Assembly (NCBI RefSeq): GCF_009914755.1
Contig: NC_060936.1
Origin: the human T2T-CHM13v2.0 reference genome, Homo sapiens
Direction: 5' to 3' (one strand)
Length of the DNA: 64,000 bases
A program made the translations under genes and the position numbers. Under the pieces are notes generated by a model that had not been told where the DNA came from, did not search any database, and worked only from the letters and a program-made list of their open reading frames with translations. The first letter of the stretch is position 1. Each line of letters begins with the position of its first letter. Positions 62,107 to 64,000 of this stretch are shown here, one piece after another.

Positions 62107-63302
62107 TGTGTCCAGAATTGGTGGATTCTTGGTCTCGCTGACCTCAAGAGTGAAGCCGCAGACCCTCGCGGTGAGTGTTACAGTTCTTACAGATGGTGTG
62201 TCTGGGGTTTGTTTCTTCAGATGTTCAGATGTGTCCAGAGTTTCTTCCTTCCGGTGGGTTCATGACTTGCTGACTTCAGGAGTGAAGCTGCAGACTTTTG
62301 CAGTGAGTGTTACAATGCTTAAAGACAGTTCGTCTGGAGTTGCTCATTCCTTCCAGGGGGGTTTGTGGTCTCGCTGGCTTCAGGAGTGAAGCTGTAGACC
62401 ACCTAGGTGAGTGTTACAGCTCACAGAGGAAGCACAGACCCAAAGAGCGAGCAACAGCAAAACGTATTGCAAGCAAAAGATCAAAGCTTCCACGGCATGG
62501 AAGGAAACCCAAAGGGTTACTGCTGTTGGCACGGCTGGCCTGCTTTTATTCCCTTAACTTGCCCCACCCACATCCTGCTGATTGGTCCATTTTACAGAGA
62601 GCCAATTGGTCCATTTTATAGAGAGCTGATTGGTCTGTTTTACAGAGAGCTGATTGGTCTGCTTTGACAGAGTGCTGATTGGTGCATTTACAAACCTTTA
62701 GCTGGACACAAGAGTGCTGATTAGTGCGTTTATAATCCTTTAGCTAGCACAGAGTGCTGATTGGTGCATTTATAATCCTTTAGCTAGACAGAAAAGTTCT
62801 CCAAGTCCCCACCAGTCCCAGAAGTCCAGCCGGCTTCACCTCTCACTGACACTTGCCGGACTTTGCGGCACCTAGCCCAGGCACTTTGGCAGCCCAGAGG
62901 GAGCTCCTCACAGACAAACAAGAGGAAAAGAGGGGAAGGGAGAAAGAGATGGAGACCCGCCATCGTGGCCAACGGCCCCGTGAAGAGGGAACAGTGGTCC
63001 ACACATGGGGCCCAGCAGGCACCAGCAGGCTGTGCCCAGTGCGGGGTCCACCAAGCCCATAGCCCACCCGGAACCCCCCCCAGCCCACCAGCGCTGTGCG
63101 CAGCCTGGGCTCCCGCCCGCGCCTCTCTCTCCACACCTCCCAGTGAGCAGAGGGAGCCGGCTCCAGCCTGGGTCAGCCCCAGAGAGGGATCCCGACAGCG
63201 CAGCGGCGGGCTGAAGGGCTCCTCCAGCGCGGCCAGAGTGGACGCAGAAGCCGAGGAGGTGCCAAGAGCAAGGGAGGGCTGCTACCACGTTGTCACCTCT
63301 CA
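62107..63302 (-). mobile_element. LTR12 (LTR12B/D-like) solo LTR of HERV9
   Basis: TGTGTCCAGAATTGGTGG..GTTGTCACCTCTCA; 4-bp TSD ATAA at 62103-62106 and 63303-63306; CpG-rich U3; tandem CTGATTGG repeats. Confidence 0.95.
62540..62790 (-). promoter_or_regulatory. LTR12 U3 core promoter: tandem CCAAT (NF-Y) boxes and AATAAAA TATA-like box, firing leftwards
   Basis: About six ATTGG boxes at 62578-62765; TTTTATT at 62544-62550. LTR12 is an established NF-Y-driven promoter family. Confidence 0.7.
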
Positions 63303-63569
63303 ATAACATGATAAACTCATGGCCCCAACTACTAGAACCAGAATATTATACTAACATGCCTACCCACGGGCCCCTCCATCATGCCCTATCTCTCTGCCTC
63401 CCTACATCAGAGGTCAGCGCCAACCTCAATCATGTGTATGTGCATGTGTGTTCCTAAAATATATAGTTTTTAAAATTTGTTTTAACTTCTTGCAAAAGTT
63501 ATTTTGCTACATAGGACCTTCTGAAACTTCAAATCTACTACTGCATCCATTACAAGAAACACAATTATT

Positions 63570-64000
63570 TTATATATCATCACAATAGTTAGAAACCACA
63601 CCAGTTACTTGAGCAGAGAAATTTTATATAAAACACCAGTACTAGGTATAAGGTTGTTATCCACTGAAAGGGCAAAAAGAGAACTCTAAGGTATCATAGA
63701 AGAAGGAGCTATCATCCCCTATGGCTTAGAAAACAAAGGAAACTAAGGGATAAACTTAGAAAAGGGCCCCTGTGGGGCTGAAACTCAGATGTCTGAGGAG
63801 GCACTGCCCAATTGCTGCTGGTGCCTGACCCCAGAGGAGGGGCCTTCCTAAGGCTGGGACCCAGGCCTCTGAGGTGGAGTGTTACCACACTGGTTCTGTA
63901 AATAATGGAAGAATTACAAGCTGATTCAGCTGCTGCTGTGGGAATGAACTGCCACTGCTGCTGTGAAGAAAGATTGGCAGGGATGGAGGTCACAGGAACA
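63570..64000. mobile_element. Ancient LTR fragment (LTR78-like), runs off the window
   Basis: AGAAACCACACCAGTTA.TTGA.CAGAGA.ATTT.ATATAAA resembles old ERV1/Gypsy-type LTR termini. Confidence 0.4.

Noticed and set aside
62570-62790. CRISPR-like repeat array
   Set aside because: Tandem LTR12 CCAAT repeats without unique spacers; eukaryotic DNA with no cas genes.
62784-63309. Overlapping ORFs and apparent CpG island
   Set aside because: GC-rich U3 of LTR12; long ORFs in several frames are typical of it.

Overview
Primate genomic DNA (human or another hominoid, judged by L1PA2, AluY, LTR12 and MER11 content). It is AT-rich, CpG-poor and mostly interspersed repeats. I see no recognisable protein-coding gene, RNA gene or CRISPR array, and nearly every ORF in the track is retroelement debris or a chance ORF. 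Main architecture: (1) an ERVL integrase/dUTPase relic; (2) a full-length antisense L1MA2/3-type element (about 3.4-16.2 kb) hosting a complete MST MaLR provirus, an L1PA2 and several Alus; (3) a full-length but inactivated L1PA5-like element carrying a second L1 3' end and an 84-bp probable 3' transduction, sharing a triplicated target site with an AluY; (4) many ancient L2/MIR/L3/MLT fragments; (5) a HAL1 > MER4 > (MER11, Alu) nest; (6) a solo LTR12 (ERV9) promoter pointing left. I did not find a new biological system. The most notable signals are two cases of one target site reused by both an L1 and an Alu, each with a transduction-like extra segment; several template-switch hairpin scars; a TSD-less L1PA2 forming long inverted repeats; and a few candidate exons and regulatory elements. 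Subfamily names come from remembered consensus sequences and need RepeatMasker/Dfam confirmation.
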